DNA of 27,234 nt, filler included, from an uncultured virus (IMG/VR IMGVR_UViG_2049941000_000284) (13 parts of one record of this genome joined end to end with filler, not necessarily neighbours in it); one strand, 5' to 3'; shown: positions 7,597 to 17,765, counted from the first letter of the whole stretch. Numbers and translations are program-made. The notes: generated by a model from the letters alone, not told the origin.

Positions 7597-8552
7597 NNNN
7601 NNNNNNNNNNNNNNNNNNNNNNNNNNNNNNNNNNNNNNNNNNNNNNNNNNNNNNNNNNNNNNNNNNNNNNNNNNNNNNNNNNNNNNNNNNNNNNNNNNNN
7701 NNNNNNNNNNNNNNNNNNNNNNNNNNNNNNNNNNNNNNNNNNNNNNNNNNNNNNNNNNNNNNNNNNNNNNNNNNNNNNNNNNNNNNNNNNNNNNNNNNNN
7801 NNNNNNNNNNNNNNNNNNNNNNNNNNNNNNNNNNNNNNNNNNNNNNNNNNNNNNNNNNNNNNNNNNNNNNNNNNNNNNNNNNNNNNNNNNNNNNNNNNNN
7901 NNNNNNNNNNNNNNNNNNNNNNNNNNNNNNNNNNNNNNNNNNNNNNNNNNNNNNNNNNNNNNNNNNNNNNNNNNNNNNNNNNNNNNNNNNNNNNNNNNNN
8001 NNNNNNNNNNNNNNNNNNNNNNNNNNNNNNNNNNNNNNNNNNNNNNNNNNNNNNNNNNNNNNNNNNNNNNNNNNNNNNNNNNNNNNNNNNNNNNNNNNNN
8101 NNNNNNNNNNNNNNNNNNNNNNNNNNNNNNNNNNNNNNNNNNNNNNNNNNNNNNNNNNNNNNNNNNNNNNNNNNNNNNNNNNNNNNNNNNNNNNNNNNNN
8201 NNNNNNNNNNNNNNNNNNNNNNNNNNNNNNNNNNNNNNNNNNNNNNNNNNNNNNNNNNNNNNNNNNNNNNNNNNNNNNNNNNNNNNNNNNNNNNNNNNNN
8301 NNNNNNNNNNNNNNNNNNNNNNNNNNNNNNNNNNNNNNNNNNNNNNNNNNNNNNNNNNNNNNNNNNNNNNNNNNNNNNNNNNNNNNNNNNNNNNNNNNNN
8401 NNNNNNNNNNNNNNNNNNNNNNNNNNNNNNNNNNNNNNNNNNNNNNNNNNNNNNNNNNNNNNNNNNNNNNNNNNNNNNNNNNNNNNNNNNNNNNNNNNNN
8501 NNNNNNNNNNNNNNNNNNNNNNNNNNNNNNNNNNNNNNNNNNNNNNNNNNNA

Positions 8553-8634
8553 CGAACCGGAAGAGCCTCAGGATGATGACAAGTCGTTTGAGCTTCCTGA
8601 TGTTCCGATGATTGAACTTCCTGACTTGCAGTAA
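8553..8634 (+). CDS. Acidic C-terminal fragment of an unassigned protein
   Basis: EPEEPQDDDKSFELPDVPMIELPDLQ*; cannot be tied to the portal across the gap. Confidence 0.4.
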
Positions 8635-8656
8635 AGGTGGTTATTTTTTACCAATT

Positions 8657-8684
8657 TTGACAACAAAAAAAATATGTGTATAAT
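8657..8684 (+). promoter_or_regulatory. Sigma70-type promoter
   Basis: TTGACA-16 bp-TATAAT. Confidence 0.7.
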
Positions 8685-8707
8685 AATGTATACAAGGAGA
8701 TTAAAAG

Positions 8708-8881
8708 ATGTCTAAGAAAGTATACAATCTTGTTACAGGCATTATCGGTGGAGTAGAAGTAATTGCTATTGCAATCGTTACATTTGCACAGCCTTCTTAC
8801 GCTGTTGCAATCAACGCTTCTATCGGAATTGTTGGAACTGCAGCAATCGAAGTTTGCGGACAGTTTGTAAAGGCTGAATAA
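8708..8881 (+). CDS. 57-aa two-transmembrane-helix protein in a stand-alone transcription unit
   Basis: MSKKVYNLVTGIIGGVEVIAIAIVTFAQPSYAVAINASIGIVGTAAIEVCGQFVKAE; AAGGAG RBS; codon usage like the capsid genes; below the ORF-track cutoff. Confidence 0.8.
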   Translation: MSKKVYNLVTGIIGGVEVIAIAIVTFAQPSYAVAINASIGIVGTAAIEVCGQFVKAE

Positions 8882-8887
8882 AGCCTA

Positions 8888-8917
8888 AAGCCCCGGAATA
8901 TTTCGGGGCTTATATTG
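8888..8917 (+). terminator. Probable intrinsic terminator
   Basis: AAGCCCCG-GAATATTT-CGGGGCTT followed by an AT-rich tail, 6 bp after the stop. Confidence 0.65.
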
Positions 8918-8973
8918 TTACCTAAAAGGTCGCATTGAAGAAATATCAATGCTTATATTGTTACCTAAAAGGT
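8908..8973. repeat. 23-bp direct repeat GCTTATATTGTTACCTAAAAGGT x2 separated by a hairpin
   Basis: Copies at 8908-8930 and 8951-8973; spacer folds as GCATTGA/TCAATGC; may be a contig-end artefact. Confidence 0.6.
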
Positions 8974-8983
8974 NNNNNNNNNN

Positions 8984-9521
8984 CTTGAAAACTTGAATAA
9001 AAAAGATAACGAGCCTGAACTCCCTAAAATCTTGCAGAGAATCTTTAATAACTGGATTGATACAAAAGGCCTTGAGTTGTGCCGTGATATGGACGAAGTG
9101 ACAGTAAAAGAACTCCGTCGTGTGCTTGGTGCTTCTATTGCAGAAGGTGACGGCTTACAGGTGCAGATTAAAAAAATGATTGCTGCAAGTGATGAATTAT
9201 TCTTTGATATGAGCAAGACAAGAGCCGAACTTATCGCAAGGACTGAAAGCTGTACAACAATCAACGCGGGAAGTACAGAACTTTATAAAGCAGAAGGAAT
9301 AACTATGAAAGAATGGATTTCTGTACAGGACGACAGAACCCGTGACGCTCATTTAGTTATGGACGGCGTAGTTATCCCGATTGAAGATAAGTTTGAAGTA
9401 CCTGCAACAAGTCAGAGTGAAGGTGCATTTATGGACNNNNNNNNNNCCGGGCGACGCAAGCGCACCAGCGGGACAGGTTGTTAACTGCCGTTGTGTTACG
9501 GCCCCGTTTGTTAAATTTTAA
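8984..9521 (+). CDS. Head morphogenesis protein (MuF / SPP1 gp7-like), 5'-partial
   Basis: RAELIARTE, KEWISVQDDRTRDAH..MDG; after the gap PGDASAPAGQVVNCRC. Confidence 0.9.
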
Positions 9522-9541
9522 ATTAATTTAAGGAGATAAAA

Positions 9542-10254
9542 ATGAAAATCGAAAAAGATAAAAAGAGCAATGTAGATTTGCCGATTGAAACAAAAGACCT
9601 GGGCGAGCGCTCAGTTCAGTTTACAATTTCAAAAGAAGTGGTTGACCGTGACGGCGATATTTTGCGTGCCGGTGGTGTAGACTTTGGCAATTACATGAAG
9701 AATCCTGTTTTCTTGCGATTCCATAATCCGCATGACTTCCCGCTTGGTAAGGTTACTAAGTTTTGGGTAGAAGGCGATAGTGTAAAAGCAATCGTTTACT
9801 TCCCTACTCTTGAAGAACTTTCAAGCGATATGAAAAATGTAAGCGAAGAAGCAAAAACTATTGATTTTGTTTATTATGCTTATAAAACAGGGCTTTTGAA
9901 TGCCGTATCAGTTGGTTTTATTCCTCTTGAATGGACTGAAACAAAAACGGGTTACGACATTACAAAATGGGAACTTCTTGAGTTCTCTGCCGTTGCCGTA
10001 CCTGCTAATCAGGATGCTATTGCGGAAGCCGTAAAATCATTTGGACTTGATGAATCAGTTGTCAAAGATTTCTTTACAACTCAAAAAAGCGGTAAGCGTA
10101 TCAGTGCAGAAACAAAAGAAGTCTTGAACAAGATTAAGGCTTGCGGTGATGAAATTGAAAAGTGTCGGGACCAGCTTAAAAACATCGCTAAGAACATGAA
10201 TGAACTTCTTGCAGAACTTGATGAAGCAGAAGAAAATCTGACAGACGGTGATGA
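9542..10254 (+). CDS. Prohead maturation protease, HK97 family
   Basis: DRDGDIL, NPVFLRFHN, LNAVSVGFIP, ELLEFSAVAVPANQDA; AAGGAG RBS. Confidence 0.92.
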
Positions 10255-10264
10255 NNNNNNNNNN

Positions 10265-11539
10265 CGTTCGGCTAAGCAGGTTGAAGCAGTAAAAGCAGAC
10301 TTGCAGAAAGAACTTTCTAACGGCATTTCACAGGCTCAGATTGATGAGGCTGTATCAAAGGCTGTTTCAGAAATCAACGCAAAGGCAGAAAAAGATAAGA
10401 ACGAAAACGTAAAATATCTTGAAGCCTTTAAAGAAGCTGTTTCAAAAGACGAAAAATCATTCGTAAAAGAAACTCCAGTAACAATCGTAAATCAGATGAT
10501 TGCTTCTGCTGCTTCTGCAATGGGAACAAAGGGCGCTCACAATGTTGCTCAGGTTTCTAACGAAGAAATCCTTGCTCAGGCAAAGAAAGACTTCCCTTAT
10601 TCTAAAGCATTGCACAACGTGCTTGCACAGAAAAAGGAACTCAACGCAGGTACACCTTCAGAAGGTGGCTTCACTGTACCACTTGCATTCAGCGGTGAAT
10701 ACATTGACGCATTGACTGCAAACACTCTTATTGACAAGCTCAATATCCGCAAGGTTCCACTTGTACACGGTAACCTTTCTATCCCACGCATGGACACAAC
10801 CTCTGCTGTTTCATGGGTTGGCGAAACTTCAAAGGGTGGCGACACACAGCCTACATTCGGCGAAGTAAATATGCGTGCTAAGAAGCTTAAAGCAATTACA
10901 GCAATTTCAAATACACTCTTGAACGAAAGCGGTGTAAACCTTGAAGGCTGGATTGCAGAAGATCTTATGCGCAAGGCTCGCATTGCTCTTGATGACGCAA
11001 TGCTCAACGGTACAGGTACACTTTACCAGCCACTCGGCTTGAAGAACAACTCTGATGTTCAGGTAACAGGCGGAAGCACAACTGCTCTCGCTCTCACAAC
11101 TCCTAACGACATGGTAGCATTGCTTGAACAGGCTAACGTTCGCATGGAAAATGTACACTGGCTTTTGAACCCTATCGGTGAATCTTGGCTCCGTAACAAG
11201 GCATTTACATCTGGTCCATTCGCTTGGTCTGATGAAATGGCTCGTACTGGAAAACTCCGTGGATTCGACTTCCACTCTTCAAGCACAGTAGGTTACACTG
11301 CTGCTGCAGGTGGCGCTTCTGCTTATGCTGACTTCTGGATTGGTGACTTTGCAGAAATGATGTTCGGTGTTGGCCGTGACATCACAATCGAAATCAGCCG
11401 TGAAGGTTCATTCCAGAGCGGTGGAAACACAATCAGCGCATTTGACCAGGATTTGACACTTATCCGTCTTATCACTGAATGTGACTTCGCTTGTCGTCAG
11501 CCAAAAGCATTTGTTCGCGGTACATTCGCAGAACAGTAA
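10265..11539 (+). CDS. Major capsid protein, HK97 fold; 5'-partial
   Basis: Coiled-coil delta domain, GGFTVP, AVSWVGE, KKLKAITAISNTLL, LNGTG...PLG, GDF, AFDQDLTLIR. Confidence 0.95.
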   Translation, partial: RSAKQVEAVKADLQKELSNGISQAQIDEAVSKAVSEINAKAEKDKNENVKYLEAFKEAVSKDEKSFVKETPVTIVNQMIASAASAMGTKGAHNVAQVSNEEILAQAKKDFPYSKALHNVLAQKKELNAGTPSEGGFTVPLAFSGEYIDALTANTLIDKLNIRKVPLVHGNLSIPRMDTTSAVSWVGETSKGGDTQPTFGEVNMRAKKLKAITAISNTLLNESGVNLEGWIAEDLMRKARIALDDAMLNGTGTLYQPLGLKNNSDVQVTGGSTTALALTTPNDMVALLEQANVRMENVHWLLNPIGESWLRNKAFTSGPFAWSDEMARTGKLRGFDFHSSSTVGYTAAAGGASAYADFWIGDFAEMMFGVGRDITIEISREGSFQSGGNTISAFDQDLTLIRLITECDFACRQPKAFVRGTFAEQ

Positions 11540-11578
11540 TCGTAAGCGGTCGGCTTAAATGGAGCGGNNNNNNNNNNT

Positions 11579-11848
11579 AGATCTAAACTTCTTGAACAGA
11601 TTAGTGTTGTTGCAGACGGAAAAACAGCATTCGCTAAAGGTTCTGCTGCTACTATTGTTGTAGTTGCAGACGGAGCTGGAAAACTTCAGACTTCAGATGC
11701 TTCTGCAGGCACATACACAGACTATGCAACACTTGCAGATGGTGTAAACAACATCGACGTATCAGGTGCTAACGCATATCTCAAGGTAATCACTTCAACT
11801 TCAGCAGTTGCCGTACTTGGTGACTTTGCAAGTGACCCACAGGCATAA
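11579..11848 (+). CDS. Probable capsid decoration/cement protein, 5'-partial
   Basis: Beta-rich Ala/Thr/Val ORF RSKLLEQISVVADGK...AVLGDFASDPQA* directly after the major capsid gene; not in the ORF track. Confidence 0.6.
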   Translation, partial: RSKLLEQISVVADGKTAFAKGSAATIVVVADGAGKLQTSDASAGTYTDYATLADGVNNIDVSGANAYLKVITSTSAVAVLGDFASDPQA

Positions 11849-11867
11849 ATAAAAGGCGGTAATTAAA

Positions 11868-12522
11868 ATGGCATTGTGCAGTTTATCTGATGTAAAAGTA
11901 ATGTTAAATATAAGCGCTAGCGACACATCTCTTGATGATAAGTTGAACTTGTTGATTAAACAGGTATCAGCACAGATAGAGTCGTATTTAGGCTATAAGT
12001 TAGCAAGAAAAGACTACACAGAAGAACTGCACGCCGTTAATTGCCGTCAGTTATTAAGTCTTAATCACTTCCCTATTCAGTCGGTAACAAGTGTTACACA
12101 TAACGGCGAAGAAGTAACAGATTTCTTAATGATTGATGAATATACAAAATGGGGAAGATTGTACCGTACAAAAATAGACANNNNNNNNNNGCTGGGGTGG
12201 TCAGTTAATCACTCAGGGCTTTGAACATGATGTAGTAAGCGGTGCATACGATTATTTAGTAAGTTATACAGCCGGTTATTATCTTCCGGGCGACACTGGA
12301 TATGTAGAGGGCGCTTCTGACAGCCTTCCTTATGATATTTCTTGTGTTTGTTGCGAAATGGTTTGTTTGAAATTCAAACTTGACCAGCAGGGCGCAACCG
12401 GGCTTAAAGCTCATTCAGAAGGAAATATCAGCGACACATATATAGACAGTGCAAGTGATGTAGGGCTTACAGAAAGCGCAAAACTTGCATTAAGAAAATA
12501 CTGTTTCTACGGAGTTGCGTAA
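11868..12522 (+). CDS. Head-tail connector/adaptor (gp6/gp15-like), gapped
   Basis: LSDVKVML...DDKLNLLI...IESYLG, FPIQSVTSV; after the gap VSYTAGY..LPYDI to stop at 12522. Confidence 0.85.
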
Positions 12523-12564
12523 AATAAAAAGCAACAAGGCTTAATATTTTGGAGTTATTTAATT

Positions 12565-12909
12565 ATGGTTAGATACAACAACGCAAGCGTAGAGATACAG
12601 GCGGCAACAGCAACAACCAACGACGAAGGCGACAAGATTATGAGCTGGAGCAAGGTTGATACAGTTGTCGGTGACGTGCAGAGCCATACATTAAGCGAAG
12701 CAGAGTTGAGTCTGTACGGAATAAACGCAAAGAAAGCCGATGTAAAATTATTTTTATATAAAGGCTATAATGCAAATATTAAAGACGGAAACAGAGCGGT
12801 TGTAACAAGTTCATATATGAACGGTGCAACTAAGACATATACAATACAGCCGATAAATGCGTGGGAACGGCACGGCGAGTGTTTACTTGTTCCCGTGGAG
12901 AACGAATAA
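12565..12909 (+). CDS. Head closure / head-tail joining protein
   Basis: 114-aa beta-rich ORF (NDEGDKIMSW) in the canonical position. Confidence 0.65.
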   Translation: MVRYNNASVEIQAATATTNDEGDKIMSWSKVDTVVGDVQSHTLSEAELSLYGINAKKADVKLFLYKGYNANIKDGNRAVVTSSYMNGATKTYTIQPINAWERHGECLLVPVENE

Positions 12910-13856
12910 GTATGAGCGACATAGANNNNNNNNNNNNNNNNNNNNNNNNNNNNNNNNNNNNNNNNNNNNNNNNNNNNNNNNNNNNNNNNNNNNNNNNNNN
13001 NNNNNNNNNNNNNNNNNNNNNNNNNNNNNNNNNNNNNNNNNNNNNNNNNNNNNNNNNNNNNNNNNNNNNNNNNNNNNNNNNNNNNNNNNNNNNNNNNNNN
13101 NNNNNNNNNNNNNNNNNNNNNNNNNNNNNNNNNNNNNNNNNNNNNNNNNNNNNNNNNNNNNNNNNNNNNNNNNNNNNNNNNNNNNNNNNNNNNNNNNNNN
13201 NNNNNNNNNNNNNNNNNNNNNNNNNNNNNNNNNNNNNNNNNNNNNNNNNNNNNNNNNNNNNNNNNNNNNNNNNNNNNNNNNNNNNNNNNNNNNNNNNNNN
13301 NNNNNNNNNNNNNNNNNNNNNNNNNNNNNNNNNNNNNNNNNNNNNNNNNNNNNNNNNNNNNNNNNNNNNNNNNNNNNNNNNNNNNNNNNNNNNNNNNNNN
13401 NNNNNNNNNNNNNNNNNNNNNNNNNNNNNNNNNNNNNNNNNNNNNNNNNNNNNNNNNNNNNNNNNNNNNNNNNNNNNNNNNNNNNNNNNNNNNNNNNNNN
13501 NNNNNNNNNNNNNNNNNNNNNNNNNNNNNNNNNNNNNNNNNNNNNNNNNNNNNNNNNNNNNNNNNNNNNNNNNNNNNNNNNNNNNNNNNNNNNNNNNNNN
13601 NNNNNNNNNNNNNNNNNNNNNNNNNNNNNNNNNNNNNNNNNNNNNNNNNNNNNNNNNNNNNNNNNNNNNNNNNNNNNNNNNNNNNNNNNNNNNNNNNNNN
13701 NNNNNNNNNNNNNNNNNNNNNNNNNNNNNNNNNNNNNNNNNNNNNNNNNNNNNNNNNNNNNNNNNNNNNNNNNNNNNNNNNNNNNNNNNNNNNNNNNNNN
13801 NNNNNNNNNNNNNNNNNNNNNNNNNNNNNNNNNNNNNNNNNNNNNNNNNNNNNNNC

Positions 13857-14658
13857 AACGTTGTAATTGCAGAGTTGCTGAGCGATGATGTAAATGGTGT
13901 AACATACGACACACCGATTGCACTTAAAGGCGCTGTAAACGCAAGTGTAAACCCTAACTCTGACGTAGCAGTAGACTACGCAGATAACGGTCCATTCTTC
14001 GTAATGAACAACCGTGGAAACACAGAGTTGACACTTGAACTTACCAACGTAGACCCTGCAGTTCAGGCAAAAATGCTTGGACAGAAACGAAGTGGCGGAA
14101 TTACCGTTGAAACTNNNNNNNNNNTGACGAAAACGGAAACAAAATCTACGAATATATGTGGCTTGCAAAAGGTAAGTTCTCTGTACCTGAAAGCGGCGCA
14201 GAAACAAAGAAAGAAAGCGTTTCATTCCAGCACAAGAACATGACTGCTCAGTTTGTTGCTACAATCTTCGTTCCTAACGGACAGGATAGCGGTACAATCT
14301 GTACACACTGCCGTTCAGATGTTGATACATCAAGCGCAGTAATTGCTAACTGGTTCAACGCTCCAGTAGTAAGCGTAGCAAGCCAGGCTAACACAATCAC
14401 TGTAACAAGTGCAGCACAGGCTAACGGCAAGCTTACAATCACATTTGCAGCAACAACTGCAACAACAATCGCAGAAGCAACTGCAAACGCTAACAACATC
14501 ACAGTTCTTAACGGTGACGGTGAAGTTATTGACGGTACATTTGCTATCGGCGTAAGCGGAAACGTTGCTCCAACTGTTGTATTCACTCTTGCAGATGATT
14601 CAGAATCAGTTGCAACTGTTGTAATCGGTGCAGGTGTAAAAGACATCTACAACGTAGC
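13857..14658 (+). CDS. Major tail protein (phi13-like) with C-terminal Ig-like domain; partial
   Basis: TYDTPIALKGAV, YADNG, ELTLEL, WLAKGKFSVPE...ETK, WF, then a Thr/Ala-rich beta extension. Confidence 0.9.
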
Positions 14659-14964
14659 NNNNNNNNNNNNNNNNNNNNNNNNNNNNNNNNNNNNNNNNNN
14701 NNNNNNNNNNNNNNNNNNNNNNNNNNNNNNNNNNNNNNNNNNNNNNNNNNNNNNNNNNNNNNNNNNNNNNNNNNNNNNNNNNNNNNNNNNNNNNNNNNNN
14801 NNNNNNNNNNNNNNNNNNNNNNNNNNNNNNNNNNNNNNNNNNNNNNNNNNNNNNNNNNNNNNNNNNNNNNNNNNNNNNNNNNNNNNNNNNNNNNNNNNNN
14901 NNNNNNNNNNNNNNNNNNNNNNNNNNNNNNNNNNNNNNNNNCTTAATTACCTAGCCGGGTTATT

Positions 14965-14993
14965 TTGACGATAAGTTAAAATTATGGTAAACT
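14965..14993 (+). promoter_or_regulatory. Putative promoter upstream of the tail chaperone
   Basis: TTGACG-17 bp-TAAACT with extended -10 TG. Confidence 0.5.
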
Positions 14994-14994
14994 T

Positions 14995-15036
14995 TAGGGC
15001 AAGGCTTGAAATATAGTTCTTGCCCTATTTTATTTT
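14995..15036 (+). terminator. Hairpin with U-tract (terminator/attenuator or 5' stabilising stem)
   Basis: TAGGGCAAG...CTTGCCCTA followed by TTTTATTTT. Confidence 0.55.
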
Positions 15037-15053
15037 AAAGGAGCGTTCTAAAA

Positions 15054-15383
15054 ATGAGCGAATTAGAAAAGGTAAAATCAAGTGATGTAACACTTAAACT
15101 TGGCGGTCGTGACAGAAAAATTAAATATGGTTTTTCTGCATGGGCAAAACTTGAAGAAAAGTACGGTGGAATTAAAAACTTGAATCTTATGGAAAAGGAT
15201 ATGCAGGAAAAACCGTTCCAGACTATCCCGTTTCTTATCTGGATAGGACTTCAGGACAAAGAAGGACTTACAGAAGAAACTGTACTTGATGAATATTCAA
15301 TGCAGGACGTTGAAAAGATTTCCGAAGTTTTGGCAAGTGCGCTTTACGGCTCACTTCCTAAGGCTGAAGAAGAAAAAAAATAA
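15054..15383 (+). CDS. Tail assembly chaperone (gpG-like)
   Basis: 109 aa between major tail and tape measure; ends GAA AAA AAA TAA. Confidence 0.85.
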   Translation: MSELEKVKSSDVTLKLGGRDRKIKYGFSAWAKLEEKYGGIKNLNLMEKDMQEKPFQTIPFLIWIGLQDKEGLTEETVLDEYSMQDVEKISEVLASALYGSLPKAEEEKK

Positions 15384-15589
15384 GCGGAGAGCCGTTAGAA
15401 GAGTTACCTTATACATATCTACTTGCTTATATTGTTACCTNNNNNNNNNNTTCATATATTGCTTGTTGTGTATGGGGAAAGGACCCGTCAGATTTAGACG
15501 GAACAAACGAAGAGCGTAAAAAGAAACAGAAAGTACCAGGTCGTGACATACCGATTGACCCGGACTTATTAAGAGGATTCTATGGCTGA
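15377..15589 (+). CDS. Tail assembly chaperone -1 frameshift extension (gpT-like), gapped
   Basis: -1 frame open from the A8 run (KISGEPLEELPYTYLL...) with no start of its own; ends ...DLLRGFYG* overlapping the tape measure start. Confidence 0.7.
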   Translation, partial: KISGEPLEELPYTYLLAYIVTXXXXSYIACCVWGKDPSDLDGTNEERKKKQKVPGRDIPIDPDLLRGFYG

Positions 15590-16759
15590 TTTTTCTATTA
15601 GTGCAGAATTAAAAGCAAACGCTAGTCAGTTTGTTTCAGAATTAAAAAAAGGTGGAACAAGTGTAAATAATTTTGGCGGTGTAGTTGAAAAGATACTCGG
15701 CCCTAAAGGTAAGTTAGTATCAGCTCTTGCGGCTGCAACCACCGCCGCCGTAAAGTTCNNNNNNNNNNCTTTTGGCGGACTTGCAGAAGGCTTGGAAAGT
15801 TTATTTAAGGGTATTGTAGATGTAATTAAGCGTGCAATACAGATGATAGACCCGATTGTTCGTCCTCTTATGAATATAGTTCGTGATGTATTAAGTTTTG
15901 TGGGTGAACTTGTAGCAGAGATTGCAAACTTAATCGGTGACAGTGTAGAGAACGGCTTAGGGTTCAATATGGTTGCTTCGAGCCTCCAGTCTGCTTATGA
16001 AACTATACATGACATTCTTGCTAATTTGCTTGAAGTATTTAAAAACGCATTCAGTCTTATTTCTCATGTAATGGGCGGACAGTGGGACGTTGTATTGCTT
16101 GATTTTGAAAAGGGATTTTTGCTTTTTGCTAAAACTATTCTTGATTATGTAAGTGACTTACTTAATGGTTTTAAAGGTCAGATAAATGTATTCATTGAAG
16201 GCTGGGGTGGTCAGTTAATCNNNNNNNNNNAAGTTTGCAAAAGTAACAGACACAGACACAAAAACAGCCATTAATCTTACAGCGGACGCAATGGCTAAAT
16301 GGAATATTCAGACAGAAGATACAGATAAGTTACTTGATCAATTAACAAAGGCAAGTCAGGAAAGCGGCGCAAGTGTAACAGAATTATTGAACGGCTTGAA
16401 AAGCGGGCAGGCTGTATTCAGTCAGTTCGGTATGAGTGCAACAGACACGATTGCATTCATGGGCGCATTAAAGCAGAACGGTATAGAATCAAGTCAGGCA
16501 CTTATCGCAATGAAAACAGCACTGGCTAATTTTGCAAACGACGGCATAAACGCTCAGGAAGGATTTGCTCAGGTAAGCGAAGCAATAAAGAATGCAACAA
16601 GTCAGACAGAAGCATTAAGTATAGCAACAGCTACCTTTGGCGCAAGAAACGGTGCTGAAATGGTAAAAGTTCTTCAGTCGGGCGCATTGTCCGCTGATGA
16701 GTTTAAGAATAAATTAATGGAAGCCGGCGGAGCGGTAGAAAGCACTCACAAGGCAGCAA
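15582..16759 (+). CDS. Tape measure protein, N-terminal and internal fragments (order scrambled)
   Basis: ISAELKANASQF N-terminus; helical segments; LDQLTKASQESGASV...ATFGARNGAEM minor-tail domain. Confidence 0.9.
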
Positions 16760-16860
16760 NNNNNNNNNNNNNNNNNNNNNNNNNNNNNNNNNNNNNNNNN
16801 NNNTTAATTAATTAANNNNNNNNNNNNNNNNNNNNNNNNNNNNNNNNNNNNNNNNNNNNT

Positions 16861-17134
16861 GAGTTTAAAGTTAAATTAGATGTTCAGTTAAAACATATTG
16901 CGTATTTTAATGGTTATTATTACGGCACAACACGTACAGGCCTTTATAAATTTAACGTAAATAATCTTGAAGATATTACACTTGTACAAAGTTTACCTTC
17001 GAACGTCAATAATCTTACAGTTATTAATAATAAACTTATAGTTTTTGCTTTGAATTCATTTGTGATTACAAGTGACGGTACAACTTGGAACACTTATTCA
17101 ACCGCAATAGAAAGTAGCGCATCAAATATTGTTT
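16861..17134 (+). CDS. Beta-propeller-like tail protein fragment
   Basis: Open frame EFKVKLDVQLKHIAYFNGYYYG...ITSDGTTWN with an Asp-box-like SxDGxTW; AT-rich; unrelated to the TMP piece after the gap. Confidence 0.55.
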
Positions 17135-17144
17135 NNNNNNNNNN

Positions 17145-17765
17145 AAGTTTTATTGATTCTGTATTTGGTGATATTCAGGAAAATGTAGAATCAGTAATCG
17201 AAAGTGCAGAAGAAATGGGATCTAGTATCGCTGATAGTCTCATTGATGGATTAAGCAATGGTTTAAGTCAGGCAGATTTTCTTGAAACTATGAAAAGTTA
17301 CATCAAGAAATTGGTGGTAACTAGTGTAGTTTACACAGAAAGTTTACAGGCTGAAATTTCTGCAATTGGAGAAGCTATCAGCAATGGAATTAAAGAAGGT
17401 TTTTCGGAAACCGGACTTGAAGAAATTNNNNNNNNNNAGATTTGTCATATATCTGGTATAATGCGAATAATGCGGTAAGTGCAATTGATAGCGTTCTTAA
17501 TAATGTATTCACAGGTTATGCAACCGGAACTGATAACGCAACGGCAGGACTTCACCTTGTCGGTGAAGCTGGACCGGAACTTGTACGTTTCAGAGGCGGA
17601 GAACAGGTATTCAACGCAAACGAAACCAGAAATATGCTTCAGAATGGAAATGGTGGAAATAATTTTAACGTTACATTCAACAATATGCAGGACACATCAG
17701 CTTATGCTATGCTCCAACAGATGAAACAATGGCAAAGAGAGATGGCTATAAATGGTATTATTTAG
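17145..17765 (+). CDS. Tape measure protein C-terminus (gapped)
   Basis: GYATGTDNATAGLHLVGEAGPELVRFRGGEQV motif. Confidence 0.88.

Noticed and set aside
8908..8973. CRISPR array
   Set aside because: Only two repeats, a 20-bp self-complementary spacer, no cas genes, and a possible misassembly
6771..9521. Portal extended to 8576/8634, or portal-MuF fusion interrupted by a moron
   Set aside because: The ~950-N gap and scrambled contig order prevent assigning the 8553-8634 fragment or the MuF start
10081..11286. Antisense and alternative-frame ORFs within capsid, tail, primase and SbcC genes
   Set aside because: Shadow ORFs caused by codon bias; no RBS or recognisable motifs
9542..11539. 665-aa protease-capsid fusion in the ORF track
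   Set aside because: Continuity depends on a 10-N gap of unknown true size at 10255-10264; separate genes are equally compatible
12765..14243. Long ORFs on both strands spanning N runs (also 2150-3188 and 5419-6018)
   Set aside because: They consist almost entirely of X residues from gaps
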